A stretch of DNA of 64,000 nt from Myxococcota bacterium (GTDB lineage Bacteria; Myxococcota_A; UBA796; CAJQPC01). Below, in pieces: positions 9,417 to 18,077 of this stretch. The notes beneath the pieces were generated by a model. That model saw only the letters and a list, made by a program, of their open reading frames with translations, did no database searches and was not told the DNA's origin. The stretch is taken from positions 6,572-70,571 of the forward strand of contig JAZAMN010000022.1 of NCBI GenBank assembly GCA_036229005.1, read 5' to 3'. The number at the start of each line of letters is the position of its first letter. Position 1 is the first letter of the stretch. The position numbers and the translations under genes are program-made.

Positions 9417-10286
9417 GTGCTGCTGCTCGCTGTCCTCGCCTGCGCCGCAGAGCTCGAGCCGGTGTCGGGCTGGCCAGAGGCCGGGTGTGTGAGCCAACAC
9501 GCTCCGGTGACGGGACACAGCCTCGTCAGCTCCCAGACCGGGACCCTGGAGGGGCTGCAGGTGGGGCTGCTTGTGCCCATGGAGCCGGGCTGCTACCCGG
9601 CCGTGGTGATGGTGCCTCCGGGGATCGAGGCCGGGGTGGGCGCGCTGGACGAGTCCCCGGCGATGCACCTGGCGGCGTCGGGGGTGGTCGTGGCGGCCTA
9701 CGACCCCAGCGGGCGGGGGCTGAGCGCAGGGGTGGAGGACTACGGCGGGCCGGCGCACCGGGAGGATCTGGCGCAGGTGCTGCGGGTGGTGGCTGCGCGC
9801 GAGGATGTGGACCCCAGCCGCGTCTGGGTCTTGTCCCGGAGCTACGGAGTGGGCGTGTCGGCGGCCACACTCGCGGGGCTCACCCCCCAGGCTGCTGGGC
9901 TCATCGACCTGGAGGGACCGGCGCGGCTGCCCGAGGACCTGGAGCACGTGGACGACCAGGCCCGCCAGACGCTGGAGTCCGCGGCGACGGGGCCGGACTG
10001 GTACACGGAGCGCAGCGCGGCGGAGCACATTGGGCGGGTGCCGGGGCACTACCTGCGCATCCAGGCGCTCGCGGACCACGCCACCGGGGAGTGGCTGGGG
10101 CACGCGCTGACGCTGCTGAACGCGGCGTGGCAGGGGGAGGCCGCCAGCGTGAGGCTCAACGGGCAAGGGGGCGGGCCCTGGGAGTACGAGCAGGTGCAGG
10201 CGCAGGCGCTGGAGGGGCGGGTGAAGCTGGATGACGAGCGGGTGCACGCGCTGCTGCTGCAGGCGCTCTCCCAGGGGATAGACTGA
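9417..10286 (+). CDS. alpha/beta-hydrolase-like lipoprotein
   Basis: MLLLAVLACA lipobox. A nucleophile-elbow-like VLSRSYGVG sits after a beta-strand. The GTG start abuts the mscS stop (TGAGTG). Confidence 0.55.
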   Translation: MLLLAVLACAAELEPVSGWPEAGCVSQHAPVTGHSLVSSQTGTLEGLQVGLLVPMEPGCYPAVVMVPPGIEAGVGALDESPAMHLAASGVVVAAYDPSGRGLSAGVEDYGGPAHREDLAQVLRVVAAREDVDPSRVWVLSRSYGVGVSAATLAGLTPQAAGLIDLEGPARLPEDLEHVDDQARQTLESAATGPDWYTERSAAEHIGRVPGHYLRIQALADHATGEWLGHALTLLNAAWQGEAASVRLNGQGGGPWEYEQVQAQALEGRVKLDDERVHALLLQALSQGID

Positions 10287-10301
10287 AGGCAGGAGACCCC
10301 C

Positions 10302-10706
10302 ATGAAGCGACTCTCGATCCTGGCCCTCGGCGCGCTGGCCGCCTGCACGGCGACCCCCTCGGACACCAGCGAGCAGCCCGGCGTGGCGGTGCTGACCATG
10401 AACTACAGCTTCGAGGGCTTCGTGCCCCAAGCCACGGACTGCCAGACCGCCTACGCCGAGAGCCTGTACGTGGATCTGGAGCACAGCTCCGGCGAGACCC
10501 GGCTGCTGCCCCGCCCCTGCGAGAACGCCGCCATCGTGCTGGACGACCTGCAGACCGGGGCGTGGATCCTGGAGCTGCGCACGGTCTCCGACCCCGAGAC
10601 GCACACCGGAATCTGGGCGACCACGCCGGTCACCGACCTGAGCCTCGCGGACGGCGACAACAGCGTGGACCTGGTGCTGACCTGCCAGAGCAACTGCGGG
10701 GAGTAG
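10302..10706 (+). CDS. lipoprotein of unknown function
   Basis: MKRLSILALGALAACTATP lipobox. 134 aa with protein-like composition. Same strand and close spacing with the two genes upstream. Confidence 0.6.
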   Translation: MKRLSILALGALAACTATPSDTSEQPGVAVLTMNYSFEGFVPQATDCQTAYAESLYVDLEHSSGETRLLPRPCENAAIVLDDLQTGAWILELRTVSDPETHTGIWATTPVTDLSLADGDNSVDLVLTCQSNCGE

Positions 10707-10721
10707 CCCTGGCGGGCCGGG

Positions 10722-11603
10722 TCACGGGGTGTGGTAGAAGTTCCCGGTGGAGCTGGGGTAGATGAACGCCGTGGTGCCCGCCGGCGGCGTCCCCATGTAG
10801 CAGTTGGCCCCATCGTAGCTGCCGTAGGCGCAGTAGGGGCTGGTGGTGATGTACAGGTTGCCGTCCTGGAGGAACCCGGTGGTCCCCTCGGGGATCGCGC
10901 CCAGGTAGCAGTTGGCGCCGTCGAAGACTCCGTAGGGGCACGCCCCCGCCACATTGGTCGTGGTGTACAGACCGCCCCGCCAGATGAAGCCCTTGCTCCC
11001 CTTGGGGACACTGGCGACGAGGCAGTTGGCGCCGTCGTAGCTCCCCATCAGGCAGACCTCCTGGGGGAAGAGGTAGTAGTTGTTGGCCCAGACAAAGCCC
11101 TCCTCCCCTGCCGGGACGGCATCGATGTAGCAGTTCGCGTTGTCGTACCAAGGCTGGATCGTGGCGCCGTCGTAGACCATGGACTCGCCGCAAGGCAGCG
11201 GGGGATCCAAGGTGAGCTCAGTCTCGTTGGGGCAGCCCACGCAGACCAGGCCGTTGACCTCGAACTCGGGGAGGCCCCCACTGTGGCCGGTGTAGTACAG
11301 GTAGTACTGGAAGGTCATCCCCGAGACCTGCGAGTCGCTGAGGTCGATGAGCACGTGGAGCTCGTCCGGCGGGGTGGCAAAGTCGGTCTGGACCTGGGTG
11401 AACCAGGCGTAGCCCGAGGGGGTGACATCACAGGCGACGCTGGACACAGTGGGGACAGCGCCAATGCCGGTGCCCGTCCAGGAATCGATCTGGACGCACT
11501 CCATAGCCGCAGCTCGGCCGGAAGCCGCCGCTGCGCCGAAGAAGGCGACGCCAAAAGCCGCCACAGTGAATGCCTTGGCGAGAGAGAGAGAAGGGGTTCG
11601 CAT
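10722..11603 (-). CDS. secreted protein with 4-5 tandem ~34-aa Cys-containing repeats ([YF]DGANC[YL]...P.G..GF)
   Basis: ATG 11603 follows GGGAG. Signal peptide MRTPSLSLAKAFTVAAFGVAFFGAAAASGRAAA. Repeats are WYDNANCYIDAVPAGEEGFVW, SYDGANCLVASVPKGSKGFIW, VFDGANCYLGAIPEGTTGFLQ and SYDGANCYMGTPPAGTTAFIY. The track ORF starts earlier, at 11669. Confidence 0.7.
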   Translation of the reverse strand: MRTPSLSLAKAFTVAAFGVAFFGAAAASGRAAAMECVQIDSWTGTGIGAVPTVSSVACDVTPSGYAWFTQVQTDFATPPDELHVLIDLSDSQVSGMTFQYYLYYTGHSGGLPEFEVNGLVCVGCPNETELTLDPPLPCGESMVYDGATIQPWYDNANCYIDAVPAGEEGFVWANNYYLFPQEVCLMGSYDGANCLVASVPKGSKGFIWRGGLYTTTNVAGACPYGVFDGANCYLGAIPEGTTGFLQDGNLYITTSPYCAYGSYDGANCYMGTPPAGTTAFIYPSSTGNFYHTP

Positions 11604-11722
11604 CGAGAGCTCCCAAACGGGTCCGAGATGTGGATCCCGCGCCCCAGAACGACCCGCGCGACCCGCCATCAGACTGGTGCGTTCCCTGGCGACTCGACTC
11701 CCCCAGATCTCTTACCGCCGGG

Positions 11723-12547
11723 TCAGTGACCGTTCACCAGTGGCGTGACCCGCTCGCGCAGGTGCTTGGGCAACCGGGCATCCAAGGCGGCCACGATCTC
11801 GCGCGCCCGGTAGCGCCCGGAGAAGTGCGTGAGCAGGATGGACTCGTTCTCGAAGAGCTCGGCCCGCTCGACGACCTCGTCCAGGTGGATGTGCCCCTTG
11901 GAGCGGCACTGCTCGACCGTGACCTGGTCGTCCACGAAGGTGACCTCCATGACCAGGACCTTGGCCTTGCGCACGACCTCTTCACGCTCGACGACCTCGA
12001 TGAGGCTGTCGCCGGTGAAGGCCAGCACGGGGTACTCCAGGGTCTCGGTGACCTGGGTCCCCGACAGGCGCAGGTCCCGGATCTGGTGACCGCTCAGCCC
12101 CTGGAACTCGGCCTTGAGCTTGCGCTTGGTGCTCCAGATCCCGTAGCCCTGGCAGGGCACCCGGTGCACCGAGCGGAAGGGCCGGGCCACGTGGCCGTTG
12201 CGCAGGGGGATCTCATCGCCGGGCCCCGCCACGATCAGCTTGTGGGCCAGGCGGCTGCGGTCCAGGCGGCGATAGGCCTTGAAGAGCGCTTTGAAGGCGT
12301 CTTCGTTCTCGGGGCCGATCACGTAGGTGGGCGGCTCCAGGCCCATCAGCCCGCGGGTGGCGGCGTGGTAGCAGACGCCCCCCACGTGATCCATGTGGCC
12401 GTGGGTGATCAGCACCGTGTCTTGCAGCACCGCGCTCCGCGGGCAGCGGCCGATGTCCAGGCAGGCCTTGAGCCCCGGGAGCTGGATGCAGGTCTCCAGT
12501 CCGCCCACGCTGGTGGCGTCGATGGCGATGCCGGAGAGCTGGAGCAT
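11723..12547 (-). CDS. MBL-fold metallo-hydrolase, RNase Z/ElaC-like
   Basis: HxHxDH motif (LITHGHMDHVGG). 274 aa with later His/Asp ligand positions (TGDS, LTHFS). Confidence 0.75.
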   Translation of the reverse strand: MLQLSGIAIDATSVGGLETCIQLPGLKACLDIGRCPRSAVLQDTVLITHGHMDHVGGVCYHAATRGLMGLEPPTYVIGPENEDAFKALFKAYRRLDRSRLAHKLIVAGPGDEIPLRNGHVARPFRSVHRVPCQGYGIWSTKRKLKAEFQGLSGHQIRDLRLSGTQVTETLEYPVLAFTGDSLIEVVEREEVVRKAKVLVMEVTFVDDQVTVEQCRSKGHIHLDEVVERAELFENESILLTHFSGRYRAREIVAALDARLPKHLRERVTPLVNGH

Positions 12548-12634
12548 GCGGTGGATCCTGGGTCAAGGAGACGGGGGCCCCCCATTTAGCCCCTGACAAG
12601 ATGTTAGGACAGGGGCCCGTTTGGAGTCCCTCAC

Positions 12635-14323
12635 ATGTACAAGCGCTTTCTCGTGCTCGGCGGCGCCGGTCTGGTCGGTACCCAGGTGGTCCGGCACCTC
12701 TGCCGCACCATGAACCCGGAGACCATCACGGTCGCGTCCCTGCGCCGCGAAGAGGCCGTCAGCGCCTGCGAAGCCTTCGAGCGCGAGTTCCCCGAGGGCG
12801 TCTCCTTCGTCCCCGCCTGGGGCAACCTCTTCGTCTCGGAAGAGCTGGCCAACAGCGACCGCGGCGCCCTGCTCTGCGACCCCGTCAAGCGCGCGGCCCT
12901 GATGCGCGCCGTGTACGGCGATTTTGACGCTGCCTACGAAGAGAACCAGCTCGTCACCATCATCCGCGGCCACAGGCCCCAGGTGATCGTGGACGCGGTG
13001 AACACCGCCACGGGCTTCTCGTACATGGACATTTTCGACGGCGCCGCCAAGGTCCAGGACTGGATCGGCGAGGCCGGGTTCAACCCCGAGGGCACCCAGG
13101 ACCTGGAGGCCTTCCTGCTCTCCCAGTCGGTCCCCCAGCTCATCCGCCACGTGCGCTTTGTGCACCGCTCCACCATCGAGGTGGGGGTCAAGGTCTACGT
13201 CAAGGTCGGCACCACCGGCACCGGCGGCATGGGCATGAACATCCCCTACACCCACTCCGAGGACCGGCCCTCCAAGAAGCTGCTGGCCAAGACCGAGGCC
13301 GCGTTCGGCCACACCGGCCTGCTCTTCCTGCTGGCCCGCACCCCCGACGCCCCCATCGTCAAGGAGGTCAAGCCGGCGGCCATGATCGGCTACCGCGCGG
13401 TCAAGGTGAAGCAGGTCTCGGACAAGCACGGGAACCGCGATCTGGTCGCACCCCAGGCCACACCGCTCAGCGAGCTGGCCACCCTGGAGCTCCGTCAGGA
13501 CGCCGGCCGATACGAGGTCACCGGTGCGCTGGACGTGGCGGTGGTCGACACCGGCGAGAACGGCGTGTTCACCCGCGGGGAGTTCTCGGCCATCACCGCC
13601 CTGGGCCAGATGGAGTACGTGACGCCGGAGGAGATCGCCGCCCTCGTGGTCCGCGAGATCCGCGGCGCCACCACCGGCCGCGACATCATCTCCGCGCTGG
13701 ACGGCGCGGTGCTGGACCCCAGCTACAAGGCCGGTCTGGTGCGCGGCGTGGCCCTGCAGGATCTGGAGGCGGTCGAGACCGCCAGCCTGATGGACAACAC
13801 CGGCGTGCCCAGCATCGCCCTGGGCCGCCTGGGCCCACCCGAGCTCTCCAAGCTGCTGTTCGAGGGCGCCCTGCTGCGCCACGTCTACGGCACCCTGGAG
13901 GCCCTGGCCAACGACACCGCGGACGCCAAGGCCGCCGCCGAGCGCCTGCAGGACGCCCTGGAGCCCACCCAGGTGGGCACCCTGGCCCCCTCCATCGGCA
14001 TCCCCGTGCTGCTGGCCGACGGCGACACCCTGCTGCGCGGCCCCCGCATCAACGTGCCCGAGGTCCTGGGCCACCGCACCCAGGTCGACCTGGACGACGA
14101 GCACGTGGACACCTGGGCCGCCAAGGGCTGGGTGGACCTGCGCGCCCGCAACCTGGACCGCTGGCGCGACCGCGCCCGCCGCATGATCCAGGCCCGCACC
14201 GACCTGCGCGTCGCCGGCTCCGCCGCGGCCACCATCCAGTCCTACATGAGCAACCGCTTCGAGATCGGCGAGGTGGTGGCCTGGGTGTTCAACAATGAGA
14301 TGGGTGGGCACCGGGTAAAGTAG
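12635..14323 (+). CDS. NAD(P)-binding Rossmann-fold protein of unknown function (562 aa)
   Basis: N-terminal FLVLGGAGLVGTQVV glycine-rich dinucleotide-binding motif. Long protein-like sequence with a Gly-rich KVGTTGTGGMGMNIPYTHSE segment. I do not recognise the family. Confidence 0.75.
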   Translation: MYKRFLVLGGAGLVGTQVVRHLCRTMNPETITVASLRREEAVSACEAFEREFPEGVSFVPAWGNLFVSEELANSDRGALLCDPVKRAALMRAVYGDFDAAYEENQLVTIIRGHRPQVIVDAVNTATGFSYMDIFDGAAKVQDWIGEAGFNPEGTQDLEAFLLSQSVPQLIRHVRFVHRSTIEVGVKVYVKVGTTGTGGMGMNIPYTHSEDRPSKKLLAKTEAAFGHTGLLFLLARTPDAPIVKEVKPAAMIGYRAVKVKQVSDKHGNRDLVAPQATPLSELATLELRQDAGRYEVTGALDVAVVDTGENGVFTRGEFSAITALGQMEYVTPEEIAALVVREIRGATTGRDIISALDGAVLDPSYKAGLVRGVALQDLEAVETASLMDNTGVPSIALGRLGPPELSKLLFEGALLRHVYGTLEALANDTADAKAAAERLQDALEPTQVGTLAPSIGIPVLLADGDTLLRGPRINVPEVLGHRTQVDLDDEHVDTWAAKGWVDLRARNLDRWRDRARRMIQARTDLRVAGSAAATIQSYMSNRFEIGEVVAWVFNNEMGGHRVK

Positions 14324-14331
14324 CTGCCCTG

Positions 14332-14745
14332 ATGCTCTCCCTTGTTCTGCCCCTGCTCCTTGCCTGCAGAAGCCCCGAAGACACCGCGAGCGAAGGCTGC
14401 TCTTCCCCTGAAGTGGCCCGCACGAACTGGGCCCTTGGGCAGTGTCAGTGGTACGCGTGCTTCTATGGGGAGGGCGAGATGTTCGAGGGAGAGTCCTTTG
14501 ACCAGGAGCGCTGCATCCAGGACGAGCTGGTGCGTTTCGACCGGCTCTCGGAAGGCCTCTGCGTCGATGTCTGTGCGGTAGACGACATCAACGAGCGCTT
14601 CCTTGGCTACCACAGCGAGCTGGGTTGCGATCACCTGCCTGGCCCCAAGAGCTACGGCTTCTACGCCTGCGAAGAGACGCCCCCCTCCGAGCGCGAGGGC
14701 TACGAGGACTACATGGAGTGCGCGTGCTCGGGGTGCTGCGTGTGA
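14332..14745 (+). CDS. Cys-rich lipoprotein, paralog 1 (137 aa, ends CACSGCCV)
   Basis: MLSLVLPLLLACRSPED lipobox. 13 further Cys. Starts 8 nt after the upstream stop. Confidence 0.7.
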   Translation: MLSLVLPLLLACRSPEDTASEGCSSPEVARTNWALGQCQWYACFYGEGEMFEGESFDQERCIQDELVRFDRLSEGLCVDVCAVDDINERFLGYHSELGCDHLPGPKSYGFYACEETPPSEREGYEDYMECACSGCCV

Positions 14746-14803
14746 TGGGATTGGGGCTCCTGAGTCTGCCCATCACAGGCAAGGTCTTCTGCGAGGAGAC
14801 CTG

Positions 14804-15205
14804 ATGCTCTCCCTTGTCCTGCCCCTGCTCTTTGCCTGCAGAAGCCCCGAAGACACCGCAAGCGACGGCTGCTCTTCACCGGAGATGGCCCGCACGAACT
14901 GGGCCCTTGGGCAGTGTCAGTGGTACGAATGCCACTATGACCAGGACGGCGTGGCATTCGACCAAGAGCGCTGCATCGAAGACGAGCTCTTCAGCTACGA
15001 TCACTTGGCCGAAGGCCTCTGCATCGACACCTGCACGGTAGACGACATCAACGAACGCTTCCTTGGCTACCACGGAGAGCTGGGCTGCGATCACCGGCCA
15101 GGCCCCAGCAGCTACGGCTTCTACGCCTGCGAGGAGACGCCCCCCTCCAAGCGAGACGGCTACGAGGAGTACATGGAGTGCGAGTGCACGGGCTGCTGCG
15201 TGTGA
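14804..15205 (+). CDS. Cys-rich lipoprotein, paralog 2 (133 aa, ends CECTGCCV)
   Basis: MLSLVLPLLFACRSPED. Collinear with paralog 1, with all Cys positions conserved. The track ORF 14603..15205 includes a spurious 5' extension. Confidence 0.7.
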   Translation: MLSLVLPLLFACRSPEDTASDGCSSPEMARTNWALGQCQWYECHYDQDGVAFDQERCIEDELFSYDHLAEGLCIDTCTVDDINERFLGYHGELGCDHRPGPSSYGFYACEETPPSKRDGYEEYMECECTGCCV

Positions 15206-15362
15206 TGGGATGGGTGTGTAGGCCCCTGTAGTGCTTCACACCGACCGCAAACCGAGAAAACCGGATCCACCGAATCGAGTCGTCCTGCTCCCGGCTGCTC
15301 CGCGACGAGCGCAGGACAAGCCCAGCCTGACCTCGCTGGTGGAGGGGGTGCACAGAGTGAGA

Positions 15363-15388
15363 AAGCCCCCGGGGTGACCCGGGGGCTT
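15363..15388 (-). terminator. stem-loop terminator candidate between convergent genes
   Basis: Perfect 11-bp stem AAGCCCCCGGG / CCCGGGGGCTT with loop GTGA. On the minus strand it is followed by TTTCTC, 40 nt downstream of the Fe-S gene stop. Confidence 0.55.
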
Positions 15389-15427
15389 GCTTGTGCTCAG
15401 AGGCTCAAAAGGTGAGCCAACCAGCTC

Positions 15428-17371
15428 CTATTTGGCCGGAGCCGGCTCCTCCTCCTTCTCCTCGGACTTGGGGGCGCCGCCCTCCAGGCGCTCGAGGAGG
15501 ATGGTGGCGATGTCGTCGACCTGGGTCTTCTCGTCCTTGGCGACGGCCAGCATGCGGTGGCAGCCGGAGCAGCCGGTGACGATGCGGTCCTTCTTGGTGT
15601 CCTCCATGATCTGCGCGAAGCGGTTCTTGGAGACCTTGGCGGGGCTGTCCCACAGGAAGCCGCCGCCGCCGCCGCCGCAGCAGCTCGGGACGTCGGGGTC
15701 CTTGCCGGCGGTCAGGCCGGTGACGCCCGCGGTGGACAACAGACCGTCGAAGATGGCGGTCTCGTCGTTGTGGATGGTCTTGCAGGGGTGGTGGACAGCG
15801 ACGGTCTCGGCGCTGGCATTGACCTTGAGCTTGCCCTGGGCGACCAGGTCGGTGAGCAGCTTGATGTGGCTCATGACGCCGGTGAAGGGGGCCTTGCCCA
15901 TCTGCTCGGCGGCGGCCGAGAGCTGCACGGAGACGTTGTCCTTGCAGTGGGGGCAGATGGTGAGGATCTTCTTGCTGTGGTCCTCCTCGAAGACGTCGGA
16001 GAGCTCTTCCACCTTCTCGATCTTGTAGAAGGGCCAGTCCTCGAAGACGCCGCCGCCGTGCAGCAGGCCCTCGCCCCAGCAGGTCTCGTCCTCGAGCACG
16101 CCGTACTTGACGCCGGCAGCCTCGAGCAGGCGGGCGGTGGCGACCACGACGGGGCGGACGTCCGGGCTGTAGGAGCCCTGGCAGCCCAGGATGAAGAGGA
16201 TGTCGTGCTCTTCGGCGTCGTAGAAGGGGATGTTGTTGGCCTCGATGAACTCGTTCCGGTCATCCGAGTCCGCGGCGAAGATGTTGCCGGTGCTGGAGAC
16301 AGGGCTGGCGCCGGTGTCCTTGAGGGCGCGGGGCGGGTAGTGCCCGGCGGCGGTCATGCGGCTGCGGATCTCCAGGCCAGCGCGGCTGGGGCGGTTGCCC
16401 ACGGGGCAGACGTTGTCGCAGGCGCGGCACTGGGTGCAGGTGGACAGGATGTCGGGGGGCACCAGCTCGACGAAGGCCTCCTCGCCGACCTCCGGGTCGC
16501 GGAAGGAGAGGACGAAGTGGTCGCGGGGCGCCAGGCCGGCCTCAGCCGAGGGGCAGGCGTCGTTGCAGCGGCCACACTCGATGCAGGCGGCGGGGTCGAA
16601 CAGCGTGTGGAAGGAGTAGTCCATCACGCCGTTGGGCATGCCGACGCGGGCCAGCTCGGCCTCGAAGTAGTCGTCGTCGGCGTCCTCGTCGCTCATGTCC
16701 AGGTCGGAGCCGGGGATGAAGCGGTCGGAGGGCAGCTCGGTCATGTGCTTGAGCACGACGTTGACCGGGCCGACAACCAGGTGGAAGTGCTTGCCGTAGG
16801 CGATCAGGCTGGGGAAGCCGCACAGGATGAGGGTGTGGATCCACCAGTTGACCATGGCCCCGGTGTTGTCCAGGTTGTCCATGCCGGGGACGTAGCGCTC
16901 GACCAGGTAGGTGATCATCAGGCTGCCGATGAGCAGCAGGACGATGCCCGACTCCAGCATGTGGGTGAGCTGGTTGCGCATGACGGTGTAGCGGCGGATG
17001 GCCAGCGCGATGACGCCCGAGAGGACGGCCACGGCGAAGAAGTCCAGCACGTAGTCGAAGGGGCCCAGGTGGATGGGCTCCGACAGGTTGAGCAGACCGT
17101 TGAGGATGTGGGTCACGCTCTTGGTGCCGAACATCACGAAGCCGTAGAAGACGGCAAAGTGGAAGATGCCGGCGCCGGGGCGGTTGGCGATGACCTTCTT
17201 CTGGGAGATGACCTCCCAGATGCCGGTCCAGAGGCCGGCCTGGTTGACGATCTTGATCTCACCGCGCTTGGGCCAGACGTGCTTGAGGCGACGGGTCCAG
17301 GCGATGTAGCCAGCGCTGGAGGCGCCAGCGACGATGGCCAGGACGATGAGGACGGCTTGAATGATGGCCAT
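15428..17371 (-). CDS. membrane-anchored (Fe-S)-binding oxidoreductase, HdrD/DsrK-like CCG-domain protein fused to a DsrM/NarI-like TM domain (EtfD-like architecture)
   Basis: N-terminal ~5 TM helices with conserved His (FHFAVFYGF, YGKHFHLVVGP). Two ferredoxin-type clusters CIECGRCNDACP and CTQCRACDNVCP. CCG motifs (PSCCGGGGGGF, TGCSGCH). ATG 17371 is preferred over the TTG at 17413 used by the track. Confidence 0.85.
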   Translation of the reverse strand: MAIIQAVLIVLAIVAGASSAGYIAWTRRLKHVWPKRGEIKIVNQAGLWTGIWEVISQKKVIANRPGAGIFHFAVFYGFVMFGTKSVTHILNGLLNLSEPIHLGPFDYVLDFFAVAVLSGVIALAIRRYTVMRNQLTHMLESGIVLLLIGSLMITYLVERYVPGMDNLDNTGAMVNWWIHTLILCGFPSLIAYGKHFHLVVGPVNVVLKHMTELPSDRFIPGSDLDMSDEDADDDYFEAELARVGMPNGVMDYSFHTLFDPAACIECGRCNDACPSAEAGLAPRDHFVLSFRDPEVGEEAFVELVPPDILSTCTQCRACDNVCPVGNRPSRAGLEIRSRMTAAGHYPPRALKDTGASPVSSTGNIFAADSDDRNEFIEANNIPFYDAEEHDILFILGCQGSYSPDVRPVVVATARLLEAAGVKYGVLEDETCWGEGLLHGGGVFEDWPFYKIEKVEELSDVFEEDHSKKILTICPHCKDNVSVQLSAAAEQMGKAPFTGVMSHIKLLTDLVAQGKLKVNASAETVAVHHPCKTIHNDETAIFDGLLSTAGVTGLTAGKDPDVPSCCGGGGGGFLWDSPAKVSKNRFAQIMEDTKKDRIVTGCSGCHRMLAVAKDEKTQVDDIATILLERLEGGAPKSEEKEEEPAPAK

Positions 17372-17498
17372 GATCTCTTCCAGTTGGGAGGCAGCCCGCA
17401 GCGGGGCACTCAAACTGAATGGTGATTCAGTAGGACTCGGATCGCGCCCTTATCCCATTGGGCCGAAAAGGCCCATGCCATCGTATTGATAGCCGTTT

Positions 17499-17990
17499 TC
17501 AAGAGCCGCTCTCCCCCATCCTGGGCCCGTACACGGGCAGCCCTCCGGCGTTCAGACGGTCGAACACCAGGCTGGTCTCCAGGTGGGCGACCTCTTCGCG
17601 GGTGGTGAGCTGATCCAGGGCGAGATCCCGCAGGTGGTGAGCGTCCCGGACGGCCACATGCAGCACGAAGTCGGCCTTGCCGGAGATGTGGAAGGCCTGC
17701 ACGACCTCGGCGAGCCGGCCCACGTGCTCCATGAAGGCGTCGAGCTGGTCCCGGCTGTGCTGGCGGAGCTGCACAAGCACCAGGGCCTGGAGACCGACCT
17801 GCGCGGCGTCGGGATCGAGCTCGGCGTGGAAGCCGGCCAGCGCGCCCTCGTCCACCAGGCGACGCACCCGTCCAAGGCAGGTGGAGGGGGCCAGGCCCAC
17901 CCGCGCGGCCAGCTCCTTGTTGGAGAGGCGGGCGTCGTCGCGGAGCTGGCGGAGGATCTCGAAGTCGATTCGATCCAGGGGCGTATTCAT
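17499..17990 (-). CDS. Lrp/AsnC family transcriptional regulator
   Basis: MNTPLDRIDFEILRQLRDDARLSNKELAARVGLAPSTCLGRVRRLVDEG (HTH) followed by a RAM/ACT-like domain. This is only the last 163 codons of track ORF 17499..19316; the rest is antisense junk. Confidence 0.9.
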   Translation of the reverse strand: MNTPLDRIDFEILRQLRDDARLSNKELAARVGLAPSTCLGRVRRLVDEGALAGFHAELDPDAAQVGLQALVLVQLRQHSRDQLDAFMEHVGRLAEVVQAFHISGKADFVLHVAVRDAHHLRDLALDQLTTREEVAHLETSLVFDRLNAGGLPVYGPRMGESGS

Positions 17991-18077
17991 GGGCAAATTC
18001 CGAAGACTATTCGATTGAAGCGCGAGCCAGTTGAATCTACGCTCAAAGTATAGCCACTCTGCCGAAGGAGATTGGAA

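Larger units (their letters stand above)
14329..15222 (+). repeat. tandem duplication (~472-bp unit) carrying the two Cys-rich lipoprotein genes
   Basis: The 5' ~130 nt of the two copies are near-identical (e.g. ctgatgctctcccttgt[t/c]ctgcccctgctc[c/t]ttgcctgcagaagccccgaagacaccgc). Similarity runs past both stops (tgcgtgtgatggga). Confidence 0.8.

Noticed and set aside
8079-10604. 841-aa minus-strand ORF spanning three plus-strand genes
   Set aside because: It runs antisense across the mscS, hydrolase and lipoprotein genes, which have clear motifs. Its composition is R/G/P/L/Q-rich and not protein-like.
17459-17473. Hairpin GGGCC-GAAAA-GGCCC as a terminator of the Lrp gene
   Set aside because: The stem is only 5 bp and no U-tract follows on the minus strand. 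Too weak to annotate.
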